From Candidatus Sysuiplasma jiujiangense (GTDB lineage: Archaea > Thermoplasmatota > Thermoplasmata > Sysuiplasmatales > Sysuiplasmataceae), in the NCBI GenBank assembly GCA_019721075.1, contig JAHEAD010000012.1, positions 1 through 64,000 on the forward strand: DNA of 64,000 nt, read 5' to 3'. The notes beneath the pieces were generated by a model. The model saw nothing but the letters and a program-made list of their open reading frames with translations. It ran no database searches and was not told the origin of the DNA. The first letter of the stretch is position 1. Each line of letters starts with the position of its first letter. Shown one piece after another: positions 50,481 through 61,700 of this stretch. The position numbers were made by a program, and so were the translations under genes.

Positions 50481-53078
50481 ATGATGCGCCCTGTGTTAGC
50501 TCTCCGGCGGTGGATGAGAGAAGAGAGAGCAATGCCACTCTGGGGGTGGATTTTGCCGGGCACCCTGGTGTCACTGCTTGTGCTCAGCGATACACTGTAT
50601 TTCATGCATTTTCATTCGGCGATACTGCCGGCTGCAGACTTTGCCTCGGCACTTTACGATATTGGTCTGCTCATTCTTGCTCTCTCATTTCTCGCAGTCC
50701 GATATTTCAGGATCGGATTGCGCGCTGATCTGATAATAATGCTTGCACTATGGGCCAGCATGCTTGACACCGCCTATATCGCAGCTTTATCCAATTTGGC
50801 GATTGTGAATGCAAGCAACGGGGAATTGGCTTATGCTGTAAGCGAGCTGAGAGTAATCGGTTTTTTGATCCCGGGATTGATTTTTGTAGCTGTCCGCGGC
50901 CGATTGAAAGTGGGACGATACTCGCTGTTCCTGACAACGATTCTCTTTGCGATCACGAGTTCTGCGACTGCACTTATGGTTCTGTATTTCGCGGGGGAGT
51001 TGCCGTTCCTAAACCCACATTCTGCTTCGGCCTATTCATATCCGCTTGCAGCAATTGGCATGCTTGCATCAATGTTCGTGGCTGCCGGGATAGCGGGAAC
51101 TTTCTTATCGAAGGCAGGCAGAAGGATATTTGAAAATAGCTTTAAGGGTCTGGTTCTTTTCCTTGCATTTGGTCTGACAGGCAGTTTGCTCAACTCATTT
51201 CATCCTGCCTACTATTCTTATGTGTGGTATCTCGCGAAAATATTTGCCGTGCAGGCATACTTTTTCATCGTGTGGGGACTGCTGCTTGATTTTGCCATTT
51301 CACGGAAAAGGGGTGATGCTCTCAGTCTTGCCACAAGTGACCTTGCAAACCAGCTAATGCAGTCAACCGCATCAAAAGAGGCTAGGTTGCTCAATCACCA
51401 TGTTGTCAACGTGATTCATTCTGCGTTTGGAGCGGGAGAATCATTCTCATACTTCTCGAAGAACGGAAACTGGTGGCAGCTGGAGTCGAATATGCGGGGC
51501 AGCCTTCGGAATGTGCCAGAATTGCCGACAGAATTCTCTGCGAAACTTGATCGCATGAAAATAATGGATCGCGAGTTATTTTTCACCCAGTTTGGAGCAG
51601 ACAGCAGTCACATTCAGCTCACAGATATAATGAAAACAACGTTTCTGGCAGGCGTCTGCACATCAGCAAATGGCACATACCATCTTGTCGGTATAAGGGA
51701 GAAGAACAGAATAGCATGGTTTGAAGAAGAAAAAACGTTCATTGAAGGTGCCGTTGCTATTTTCGGCGCCGCGATCACCGAGAGAGAAGCGGTCATGAAG
51801 GAAAGCGAAAGTATCTCGCGTCTGCTTGCATTGATGACGACAGGCCGTTTACTGGAAAGAGTGGGGGACGGACAGCTGAACGCAGCCTGCAGCGACACTG
51901 TAGATGCGGTCATCGGGCTCCTCCATTATGAGCATGCGTCCATATGGCTTCCCGATGAAAATAACAAGCTGAGGCTTGCGGCCTCAAACCGGAATAAACA
52001 GATTGAGGAAACCGGCGGTGTGACGGAACTTAATTTTCAGGAGGGAATAATAGGCCGCGCAGCCTCCTGTTTGGCGCCAGTCCTTGCCAATGACATAACG
52101 CGTGAACCAGTCTATATCAATCTCTACGGGGAAGAGATCGGGAGTGAATTTGCTGTCCCTGCCGTACTGGATGGCAGGGTTGCTGTTGTGATTGATGTAC
52201 ACTCATCTTATGCCAATTACTTTCAGGAGATTGATATCAAAGTCATGAATTCGATTGCAGGTATGCTTTGTTCAATTATAAGAAACAACCTGGTCTATTC
52301 GAGTATTAGTGATGGAAGGAAGCTGGCTGAAACGAGAATGCATCTCATTTCCCACGACATAGGGAATATCCTTCAGGCGATAAGTGCGAACGTGAAGCTC
52401 ATAAAATTAAAAGGAAGAAAAAGATCGGAGACTTTCAAACAATGTATTGAAAATCTTGACGCAATCAGTAGTGGCGCTCTTGTGGCATGGGACTTTCTGA
52501 GTGATATTTCCAATATCCTGCGTCTCGAGACCGGCAGCGCCGATATCCAGAAAGAAGTTGAAGTTGTACCTCTGATTGAGAAGGTGAAGGAAGGAATACG
52601 GTGCATCTTCCCCGAAAAAAGGGTGATATGTCATATTGTTGAGAATGGTGCCGGCTGTTCGTACAGTGTAAACGCGTCGGTACTCATCGCCGGAGTTTTC
52701 TTCAATCTTTTTTCCAACTCAATCAAATATTCAAATGGCGATTCCGTAGAAGTGTGGATAGAGCTTTCAAGGAATGAGACCGGAGGAAGATCGTGGATAT
52801 CCATCGATTTCTCAGATAACGGCGTAGGAATAGATCCCGGAAAAATGCCTGAAGTATTTAAAAGAATTAACAAGAGTGTGAGTGTTGCCGGTCATAGCCT
52901 TTCACTCATCAAGCAGGTCATTGAAAGTTCCGGAGGAAGCATAGAAGTCAGGGAAAGAGTGAAAGGCGATTACAAGAAGGGCACTACCTTTTCAATCCGG
53001 CTGATCCCTTCGGATTCCGCAAATGATATATTGAACGTGAATACAGGCGCAAGGTCGGACAACTCGAATCTGCTCTGA
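50481..53078 (+). CDS. Membrane-bound sensor histidine kinase with GAF domain
   Basis: About 8 N-terminal TM helices, GAF (GIIGRAA...SEFAVP), H-box HDIGN, N-box NSIKY, DNGVGI. Start placed after the (AT)n TATA at about 50411. Confidence 0.88.
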   Translation: MMRPVLALRRWMREERAMPLWGWILPGTLVSLLVLSDTLYFMHFHSAILPAADFASALYDIGLLILALSFLAVRYFRIGLRADLIIMLALWASMLDTAYIAALSNLAIVNASNGELAYAVSELRVIGFLIPGLIFVAVRGRLKVGRYSLFLTTILFAITSSATALMVLYFAGELPFLNPHSASAYSYPLAAIGMLASMFVAAGIAGTFLSKAGRRIFENSFKGLVLFLAFGLTGSLLNSFHPAYYSYVWYLAKIFAVQAYFFIVWGLLLDFAISRKRGDALSLATSDLANQLMQSTASKEARLLNHHVVNVIHSAFGAGESFSYFSKNGNWWQLESNMRGSLRNVPELPTEFSAKLDRMKIMDRELFFTQFGADSSHIQLTDIMKTTFLAGVCTSANGTYHLVGIREKNRIAWFEEEKTFIEGAVAIFGAAITEREAVMKESESISRLLALMTTGRLLERVGDGQLNAACSDTVDAVIGLLHYEHASIWLPDENNKLRLAASNRNKQIEETGGVTELNFQEGIIGRAASCLAPVLANDITREPVYINLYGEEIGSEFAVPAVLDGRVAVVIDVHSSYANYFQEIDIKVMNSIAGMLCSIIRNNLVYSSISDGRKLAETRMHLISHDIGNILQAISANVKLIKLKGRKRSETFKQCIENLDAISSGALVAWDFLSDISNILRLETGSADIQKEVEVVPLIEKVKEGIRCIFPEKRVICHIVENGAGCSYSVNASVLIAGVFFNLFSNSIKYSNGDSVEVWIELSRNETGGRSWISIDFSDNGVGIDPGKMPEVFKRINKSVSVAGHSLSLIKQVIESSGGSIEVRERVKGDYKKGTTFSIRLIPSDSANDILNVNTGARSDNSNLL

Positions 53079-53369
53079 CTGAGACACAAAAAGGCTCCGT
53101 GCGATGTTGCATGGTACACCATGTCCTGTGGTGGTGTGTTCTTTGCCTGTCTTCGGACCGCGGCTTATCGACGTCTGCGATGCGTGAAGGAGCAGACTGG
53201 TTTTACGTGATGATGCCCTCTTTTCGTGACCGCGAAATGCGTCCGCGAGACAACATATCATATCAAACATCATCTCCTCCATGAAATGATGCCGGCGTCT
53301 GTCCGGTATCCGCTGCTGCCTGACATATCATTGGACAGTTAGAAATAGGGTTTTTACAATTCATGTTCC

Positions 53370-54338
53370 ATGAAACCTGATACTAACGACGAAGAGCCTC
53401 CACAGATAAGACAGCCAAACGCGTATCCCTTTGACTGGGATTTTGTGGATCGCAGGCTGGCAAGAATATATACCCGTGCGAAGAAGGAACACTGGGATCC
53501 GGAAGAGATAGACTGGGATTCTGTCAATCCCGCCGACTATGACGAGTTGCAGAAGACGGCGATGGCCTACTGGTGGGCTGAACTTGCAAATTTTGAAAAC
53601 AATGCGGCTGCCTCCTTCGCTAAGGCACTTGTCCATGTAACCGTAAATCATTACGATAATGCGACACAGAAAGTCACGGCAACAATTGTGATGGATGAAT
53701 GCAGGCACGACGAAACATGCATGAGGGGGTGCAACAGGCTCTGTCCGAAGTTTCTGAAGGGATGGAAGCCGCGAAACGCGCTTGAAGCAAAAGCACTCAG
53801 GAATATAAGATGGATATACTACAATGGAGGCAGGTACTGGGAAGGATACACCAGATCATATGACAAGTACAGGTTTCCTCTCATTTTCACTTCATTCATG
53901 ATGGGGGAAGCGTGCGCATCGAAGCTCTTCAATGAGATGGCAGGGAAGACCGACCACCCGGCATTTCGGGAAGCATTCAAGCACCTTGCCATGGATGAAT
54001 CAAGGCATCTTGCATATACCTGGTTTGTTCTGGAAGATGCGATACCCACTCTGACCGAAGAAGAGATAATGCTTATCCCCAAGAGATTGAGGCACGGATT
54101 TGTGTATCTCTCAATGATACTTTTCGAGCCACCTGCTGAGTTCTGGGAACTACCCGCGGATTTTATGGATGTGCATAGAAAAATGGAGGATATTGCGGCG
54201 CAGGCGGGCCTGGGCGTTCTTTCGCTTGAGGAGAAGAGGGCGGCATGGAGATCCACTATACTCGAAGTCAAGAGGAAAATAGGGAAGTACGGCCTTCCTT
54301 TCCCCGAACTTCCGGAGATCGACGTGACAGGAACGTGA
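53370..54338 (+). CDS. Ferritin-like di-iron carboxylate protein
   Basis: E...DECRH and E...DESRH paired motifs; W-x-P-x-x-IDW N-terminus. Confidence 0.85.
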   Translation: MKPDTNDEEPPQIRQPNAYPFDWDFVDRRLARIYTRAKKEHWDPEEIDWDSVNPADYDELQKTAMAYWWAELANFENNAAASFAKALVHVTVNHYDNATQKVTATIVMDECRHDETCMRGCNRLCPKFLKGWKPRNALEAKALRNIRWIYYNGGRYWEGYTRSYDKYRFPLIFTSFMMGEACASKLFNEMAGKTDHPAFREAFKHLAMDESRHLAYTWFVLEDAIPTLTEEEIMLIPKRLRHGFVYLSMILFEPPAEFWELPADFMDVHRKMEDIAAQAGLGVLSLEEKRAAWRSTILEVKRKIGKYGLPFPELPEIDVTGT

Positions 54339-54893
54339 AAGTTACCGGTCTGAGCAGAACGTCATGGGGATCACCTATCCCGTATCCCGCTCCCTTCTGC
54401 GGATGTCAATCAGGCGCTGCGATCGGTATTATGAACCGGGTGGCTTCAAAATTTATGGCTGATAAATGGACCGGACTCAGATGGGTTGCCATAATGTCGA
54501 GATGGAACGAGCGTTTTCCCCTCCCTGTAAAGGGAGACGACCTGAATCCGCACGTGATGCCAGCCCGGAGGGAAAAGAATGAAAATTTGGAAACAGCAGG
54601 CAGATCATTCGCTTATGACACGGATCATATAATTCCGGTCAGACATTTTCTTAAAAAACATATATTTAATGTTGATGCCTAACATATCAGGAATGATTAT
54701 CAAATAGCGATCCCTGATTGGAAAACAAAAATCGCGCGAAAAGCAGAGTATATGGGCAATCGGATGCTTTGAGGTCTGGGTTGGATGGCTGCGACACCGT
54801 GAGTAAAAATTTGCGGGACCCAGAGCGGGAACGGGTATTTGCCTCAGGAGAACCGACTAGAAGTCACGGCTTATCAGTGTCCGGTGACTACGC

Positions 54894-57299
54894 GTGATTG
54901 ACAGGGGGAAGTCCGGAGCCTTGCCATCGTGCAATACACTGAAAGAATGGTTGTTCACGACAAACCACAAGAAAGTGGGAATTTTCTATCTGGTAACCTC
55001 ATTTATCTTCCTTTTCATTGCCGGTGCATTTGCGGAAATGATGCGAACCCAGCTTTACAGCCCCAATAACACTTTCCTGAATGCTGCAGAATACAATCAG
55101 CTTGTGACGATGCACGGTCTGCTCATGATACTCTTCTTCATCTCTCCCATGGGGTTTGCATTTGCAAACTACTTTGTCCCGATACAGATAGGCGCGAAGG
55201 ACATGGCTTTTCCGAGACTTAACGCGCTCAGCTATTGGATGTATCTCTTCGGGGGGATCCTTCTTCTCAGCGGTTTCCTTCTTCCCGGCGGCGCATTGAG
55301 CGGTGGATGGACACTTTATGCGCCGCTCAATGAAGTTCACTATCTGCCCCAGGCGGGCGAAGATGCAGGAATTGCCGGCATTACAATGCTCGGCATTTCA
55401 CTGATCGTCTCTACCGTAAATTTTGCGGTAACCATCGCGCTGAAAAGAGCGAAAGGAATGAGCCTCCTTGATATGCCGATGTTCACATGGTCCATACTGT
55501 TTACTGTCGCGATGCTCTGGATAGTTTTCCCCGAGTTCGCTGGCGCACTTGTGCTGCTGCTTGCGGACCGCATTATCGGATCTGTTGTCTTTCTGTCTCC
55601 GGTTGGTGGCGCGCTGCTGTGGGAACAGATGTTCTGGTTCATGGGACATCCCGAGGTTTATGTTCTCCTCCTTCCTGCTCTGGGGGCCATGTTTGATGTT
55701 GCAAGTGTATTTTCCGGCAAGGCGATCTATGCAAAGAAGCTGATGATAGGATCGTTTGCGACAATTTTTATCATGAGTATGCTGGTGTTCATGCACCACA
55801 TGTTTATGACTGGAGTCAATCTCGTGTGGCTCGAGATACAGGAGATAACCACTGAACTCATATCCATACCATCAGGTGTTCTGATAATAGGCATAATCGC
55901 GACGATGCTTCGCGGCAGGATAAAACTCAGGACGCCGGTGCTCTTCACGATAGGTGCGGTCATTGTGTTCATCATCGGAGGAGCGACAGGCGTTATGCAA
56001 TCCTCGATCGAACTGGATACGGCATTCAACGGGGATTACTGGGTAATAGCCCATTTCCATTATATTCTTGCCGGAACGGTGCTCTGGGGACTGTACGCCG
56101 CACTCTACTTCTGGTTTCCGAAACTTACAGGAAAAATGTACAGTGAAAGGCTTGGTGTCATTCACTTCGTCTTTTCATTCATTGGTCTGAATCTGACCTT
56201 CGCTCCGATGTTCTGGCTGCTCAACATGCCGAGAAGGTATTACACTTATCCGTCCGGCCTGGGTTTTACCCTTCCCAATGAGATTGCTACTGCCGGCGCA
56301 CTGTTCTATGGCTTTTCGCAGCTGCTGCCCGTCGTGAATATGCTGTATTCCACACATTTTGGCGATACTGCGGAGGCAAATCCCTGGGGTGCATACAGTC
56401 TGGAATGGCTCATTCCAACACCTGTGCCCGAATTTAATTTCACAGGCACGCCTTACATCGTAGACGGCAAATTTATCATGGACAGCAAGGATGCATCGAA
56501 AGATGAGCATGGCACGTCCGGTCATTTGAGTCCATGGCCCCTGGCGATAAGCCTCGGTATGTTTCTCTCATTTCTAGGGCTTGTTCTGTTTCTCTATGGT
56601 GACGGGAATGCGGTGCTCGCAGCAGGTCTTATGATTTTTACCATTTCCGCGTTTGGATGGATGATTGATGATTACTATAATGTCTTCCCTGAGGTGGAAA
56701 AGGACGGAGTTTCCACCAAGGAAACATGGCCATTCAGGCATATGGACAGCACAAGGCTCGGCATGTGGATATTTGTGTCCGGCGATATTCTGCTGTTTAC
56801 CACATTCATCAGCGCCTCGCTCTTTATTTTTCTCCAGAGCCAGTATTTCGGCGATCCGGCGACAAGCCTGAGGGGTAGTGCCGTGTACGATATCATCTCA
56901 ATCATGGTTCTCATAGCAAGCATAGGAAGCATGTACGCGGCTGCGGAGGGTGCAAAGAGGGGAAACAGGGAGATGACAGGCCTGGGCCTTCTTCTCACCT
57001 TTTTCTTTGGCCTGTGTTACATTGCATCCACGTTGATTGACTGGAGTTATCTCAATGCAGCTGGCTCAGGGCTGGGTGCGATTTCAGGCAGTGCGCTTCT
57101 TTCTATTTTTTATGATTCGTCAATTGTACATATTGTGCATATAATCGGGGGACTCGCACTGGTTATCTACTTTTTTGTGAAGAATGCCGGGAACAGGATT
57201 GCAGAGAGATCGGTGCCCAGCATGTACGCTCTTCTCTATTTCTGGAGTTTCATTGCGGTTGCAGGTGTGATAATGATAGGTACGTTCGCCATGATCTGA
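54894..57299 (+). CDS. Haem-copper oxidase type A1, fused subunit I+III, copy 2
   Basis: DMAFPRLN, GHPEVY, HHMF, HFHY, MPRRY; colinear with copy 1. Confidence 0.95.
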   Translation: MIDRGKSGALPSCNTLKEWLFTTNHKKVGIFYLVTSFIFLFIAGAFAEMMRTQLYSPNNTFLNAAEYNQLVTMHGLLMILFFISPMGFAFANYFVPIQIGAKDMAFPRLNALSYWMYLFGGILLLSGFLLPGGALSGGWTLYAPLNEVHYLPQAGEDAGIAGITMLGISLIVSTVNFAVTIALKRAKGMSLLDMPMFTWSILFTVAMLWIVFPEFAGALVLLLADRIIGSVVFLSPVGGALLWEQMFWFMGHPEVYVLLLPALGAMFDVASVFSGKAIYAKKLMIGSFATIFIMSMLVFMHHMFMTGVNLVWLEIQEITTELISIPSGVLIIGIIATMLRGRIKLRTPVLFTIGAVIVFIIGGATGVMQSSIELDTAFNGDYWVIAHFHYILAGTVLWGLYAALYFWFPKLTGKMYSERLGVIHFVFSFIGLNLTFAPMFWLLNMPRRYYTYPSGLGFTLPNEIATAGALFYGFSQLLPVVNMLYSTHFGDTAEANPWGAYSLEWLIPTPVPEFNFTGTPYIVDGKFIMDSKDASKDEHGTSGHLSPWPLAISLGMFLSFLGLVLFLYGDGNAVLAAGLMIFTISAFGWMIDDYYNVFPEVEKDGVSTKETWPFRHMDSTRLGMWIFVSGDILLFTTFISASLFIFLQSQYFGDPATSLRGSAVYDIISIMVLIASIGSMYAAAEGAKRGNREMTGLGLLLTFFFGLCYIASTLIDWSYLNAAGSGLGAISGSALLSIFYDSSIVHIVHIIGGLALVIYFFVKNAGNRIAERSVPSMYALLYFWSFIAVAGVIMIGTFAMI

Positions 57300-57380
57300 G
57301 GAGAAAAGGAAAAATGGATTCAGGAGCAAACAGCATGACAAAAGGGATCGCGGAAGAAATCAAATGCGAGACAGGCCGGC

Positions 57381-58079
57381 ATGCGGTGGGTGGATATGCT
57401 TATTGAAATCACAATAACTTCCATTACGTCCGCGAAGTGGCTTTCACTGTTCGACATTTACCTCATCACCGGCGTTCCAATTTCTGCGTTCGTGATCGGA
57501 TGGATAATTTATGTTGTAATCAGAAACAGGGAAAAGACAATTACAGGAAACGTGGAAGATGTGGAATCCATCGTGCCGGGTTTCATTCCGACAGCGGAAC
57601 GCGGAAAGAAAAAACCATTTTTATTTTTCATTGTTTTCATGGCAGTGTTATTCCTCGGGCTGACTTCAATTGCGTTGCCTGTTGCCTCTTTTACGAGAAC
57701 TGCTCCCGCTGATCAGGGAAATGCGCTGGTCGTTGATGTCTACGCATCACAATGGACCTGGACTTTTCACTATCCTGACGGATACAATGTGACCGGATCG
57801 GCACTTATTCGCAACTATTCGATAGAATTCCCCGTAAACACAACCCTCATATTCAGGGTGACCAGTACGGATGTGTTGCATGAATTCGCCGTACCGTCTC
57901 TCAAGATAAAGGTGGACGCTTTTCCCGGCATATGGAATGTCGTATGGACAAATGTCAGTGTACCTGGAACGTATACGGCATTCTGCATGGAGCTATGCGG
58001 ACTCGGGCATGCAGGGATGTGGGTGAAAATCAGTTTTGTGGGGCAGTCTGCATTCCGGTCATGGTACGCGTCACACTGA
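57381..58079 (+). CDS. coxB: Haem-copper oxidase subunit II (CuA), copy 2
   Basis: QWTWTFHY, DVLH, CMELCGLGHAGM; start may be ATG 57396. Confidence 0.95.
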   Translation: MRWVDMLIEITITSITSAKWLSLFDIYLITGVPISAFVIGWIIYVVIRNREKTITGNVEDVESIVPGFIPTAERGKKKPFLFFIVFMAVLFLGLTSIALPVASFTRTAPADQGNALVVDVYASQWTWTFHYPDGYNVTGSALIRNYSIEFPVNTTLIFRVTSTDVLHEFAVPSLKIKVDAFPGIWNVVWTNVSVPGTYTAFCMELCGLGHAGMWVKISFVGQSAFRSWYASH

Positions 58080-58350
58080 CCGTCGACATGCCGTCGCCTA
58101 ACCTGATGGCGACAGGATATTTTTCATCTCTGAAGACACGGCGCGGAATCAGGATTTTACCTGCCAACATTGTTGCCACACAGCTCTTCAAATCCGCAGG
58201 CTGTCACTATTAGGATATACATGACGTGATCGCGGTCTTAACATATTTGCGACTGCCTGAAATTTCGCCGAAAAGACATCCGTCTCCACCGTCCAAGTTT
58301 GCACTGCTGACGCTGTTGTAATGCCGTATGCCGGCTGTATATCATAATAT

Positions 58351-58570
58351 CAAGCGGGAAGACCCCCAACCTGTTGGTGGATGAAAACGAGCAAAACTTT
58401 CAAACTGTGTAATGACAATGCCCGACCAGGTAGGCAAGAGCCTTCCCGGATTAACGCACGTGGAGAGAGTTGTCTACATAACCCGCAAGGTGGATCGAAC
58501 GGCCTCCGGGATGCGTGAACTGGCGGAGGGAAGCGGGAACACAATCCGGCAATGATGTCGAAGGTGAACA
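58351..58570 (+). mobile_element. Miniature internally deleted IS200/IS605 (tnpB) derivative retaining end hairpins and an omegaRNA-like region
   Basis: Left-end-like CAAGCGGGAAGACCCCCAACCTGTTGGTGGATGAA hairpin; TTAACGCACGTGGAG...GATGCGTGAA; short ORF 58418-58555 encoding VGKSLPGLTHVE, similar to a TnpB C-tail. Confidence 0.55.
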
Positions 58571-58788
58571 GCATGCCACGCCTCCTCTCCCGAAATTGTA
58601 GTTTTTTATAGCATAACTCAAAAGTTCTGTGGATACCATTCTGCTGAATCGATGGAAAGACTTTCCACAAGACTTTTGTGACTTGCCATAAGTATCGATA
58701 CAAAGACATGGTTATTGTCTTACTTCCATCTAGGAAAATTCTGAACTTGTTCTGAGGAGAATGTCACATGAGGACCATGCCATTCGGA

Positions 58789-61700
58789 TTAATTTTCCAG
58801 ACCCGATCGCTTTTCTGTTTCCAGATCAATAAACCTGTAACTGCCCGAAGGAACCTTAAATTCAAATACAGCCCCTTTTCCCTGGGTGCCTTTTTCGCTT
58901 ATTGAGATATTTGTAATTTTCAGTACGTCACTAACCAATTTCAACCCATGAGGTTGTCTGTCCATACCACCGGAAAAAATGGACTCTTTCATCGAGTCAG
59001 GTATTCCCCTACCATCATCGGAATACACGATAAGCAGATAATTATCCTTCACTGAAACATTGAGGGCAATGCTCCTTACTGGTCCGCCGTGTTTAGTTGT
59101 GTTGACAATCAGATTGGAAAATGCCCGTTCGAGGAGCGGATCGGCCAAGATTTCCACATCCGGGCCCGTCGTGCTTACACCTATTCTTCCAAGATCCATC
59201 GATTCTATGCAGCCCATGAATGTTTTCTTCGGGTCCGTCCAGCGGGGGCTTCCCGAAAACTGCAGCTCCTTCAACGTTTGGAGCTGTGTCCTCATTCTTT
59301 CGGTGATGCCGATTATTCTGTCAGTTCGCTCCGAAAGACCTTTGTCAACTGTGGAGTCCACAACCATGCGCGTATAGGCTTCTATCGCCTGTATGTGGTT
59401 CATCATGTCATGCCTGCTTATCGTCTCCATGAGATTCAGTTTGTCGTTTATCTTCTTCAGGTTTTCACGGTACAGAGCTGAATCGGTTATGTCCTTCTGT
59501 ATCAGAACCCAGACCACAGCGCCATCCGTACTATTCTTCATTGGGAAGAAATTCGTATCCAGAATGATCTCCTTTCCGTCCGTCCCGTAGCTCACAACCT
59601 CGCCCGAGTAGGGTGTCCCGCTGATGTATGAGGCATACATCCTGTTCAGAGAAGCGGAATCAACGGCATCACCCTGAAGATCCCAGAGTGTCTTTCCAAT
59701 CACCTCGTTTCTGGAATAGCCGATCGTACGGACATATGCGCTGTTAACATACTTCACAACGGGCTCATTGATGTCGTTCAGTTCCGAGATCACAACCATT
59801 TCTTTGAGGTTTTCCATTACCTCGTGGTTGAGCCTGTTTTCGGCATCGGCCAGTCTTTCCTTTGTGATGTCTCTTGCGATGCTGGACATGCTGATCACTC
59901 TTCCTTTCGAGTCCACGACAGGAGAAGCAGTTATTCTCATGTAAATGCGAGTGCCGTCCTTCCTCAGTCTCGCAGCCTCATACGTAAAACTGCTGCCGGA
60001 AGAGACAGCCTTCAGTTTCTCTTTCACATCCTGACGTAATTCGGGCGGAACAATACAATCCACCGATTTGCCGACAATTTCTTCCCGCTTCCAGCCATAT
60101 GTTGCTTCGAACGCGTTATTGACGGAAACTATTGTTCCGTCGATCTTGCTGGCAATTATTACAAGCGGTGTGTTCATTATAAAAGATTCAAGGTTGTGTA
60201 ACAGTGTTTTAAGTTCCTCCTCAACTCTTATTCTCCCTATGAAAAGACCGATCTGCTTTCCTATATCCTCCATCGTATTGAGTGTGTTTCTGTCCGCGTC
60301 CAGCTGTGAACTGCTGAAGAACAGCATCGCTCCCTCCACTTTACCCTTGTTTGAGAGCGGAACTCCAAATGCAGATCTGGCGTCGGCAGGTTTTGCTTCA
60401 TTCACGACCACACCAGGCTGATCAGCCGTCAAATCGCTGATCCAGAGAGGTTTCCCAGTTCTGTATACTGTAATCAGCAATCCGGCTGCTGATTCGGGAT
60501 CCGCCTTGACAGAAGTTTCCCCATGGTCCGAACCGGAGCCTTTGTCTGCGGGCACGCGCGTTTCCAGGTGTATTCTGCCGTCCTCAGGACTGAGCAGCCA
60601 TATTTCTCCAGACTGGAAGTTCAACTGACTGCAGACGTTTTCGGCAATACTTTTGAAAGCTCCCTCCATGGATTTTTCCGTCGCAAGTGCAAGAGACACC
60701 GCATACCGTGTTCTTCTTCTCCTTTCGGTCAGTTTTTCCTCAGTGGCATCTTTGAAAACCATCACTATACCGCTGATTTTCCCGGATTGGTCCTTTATCG
60801 GCGCAGCGGAGTCCTCTATCATGTATTCCCTGCCATTTTTCGATATCAGAACAGTATGGTTTGCGAGACCGACAATCTCTCCTTTCAACATCACGATTTC
60901 CACAGGTATGCTGACTTTTTTTCTTGTTTCCTCATTTATTATATTGAATATCTCATTCACAGGTCTTCCAATCGCTTCTTCTTCAGTGTAGCCTGTGAGT
61001 TTTGAAGCTATGCCGTTGATTACGGTGATCCTCCCATGCGTGTCCGTCGCAATTACACCGTCGCCTATGCTTGCAATCGTAACCTTCAATTCCTCTCTCT
61101 GCCTTGCATTTATCTCCAGTGCTCTTGTAAGTTCGGTAACATCCCGTCCGATGCCGGCGATACCTACGATTTCGCCCTTTGAATTCTTCACCGGGGTGAT
61201 TGTCATGCTCATTTCAAATAATTCGCCGTTTTTGCGCATTCTGCGTCCGATATAGCTGACCGTCTTCCGTGTGGTTAAAAGCTCCTGAAACTTCCCCTTC
61301 GCTTCATCAATGCAGTCGGGAGGCACCATCAGTAACCCCTTCCCAATGGCCTCTTCCGCGGACCAGCCGTAGATTTTCTCAAATGCGTTGTTGACAGAAA
61401 CAATCTTTCCGTCGAGATCGAAAAAAGCAAACGCATCGGAAGTATTCCTGATTATCGATTCCATTCTTTCATTCGCAAGTGCGAGCTGTTCCTCCCGCCG
61501 CTTCCTCTCAACTGCGAGTATTATATAATGGTGAAGTTCAGCAAAAAGCGCGATCGGATTTCCACCCTTCTGCATGTAGTAATCAGCACCGCTGTTAAGT
61601 GCTTCAATAACAATTTCTTCTCTTCCTTTACCCGTGAAAAGAATGAAGGGAATGCTGCTGGATTTTCTCAGTTCTTTGAGAAATTGAATACCATCCACTT

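Noticed and set aside
57316..57408. Short ORF between oxidase copy 2 subunits as a counterpart of the 54-aa subunit
   Set aside because: It has no hydrophobic helix and no similarity to 22822-22986.
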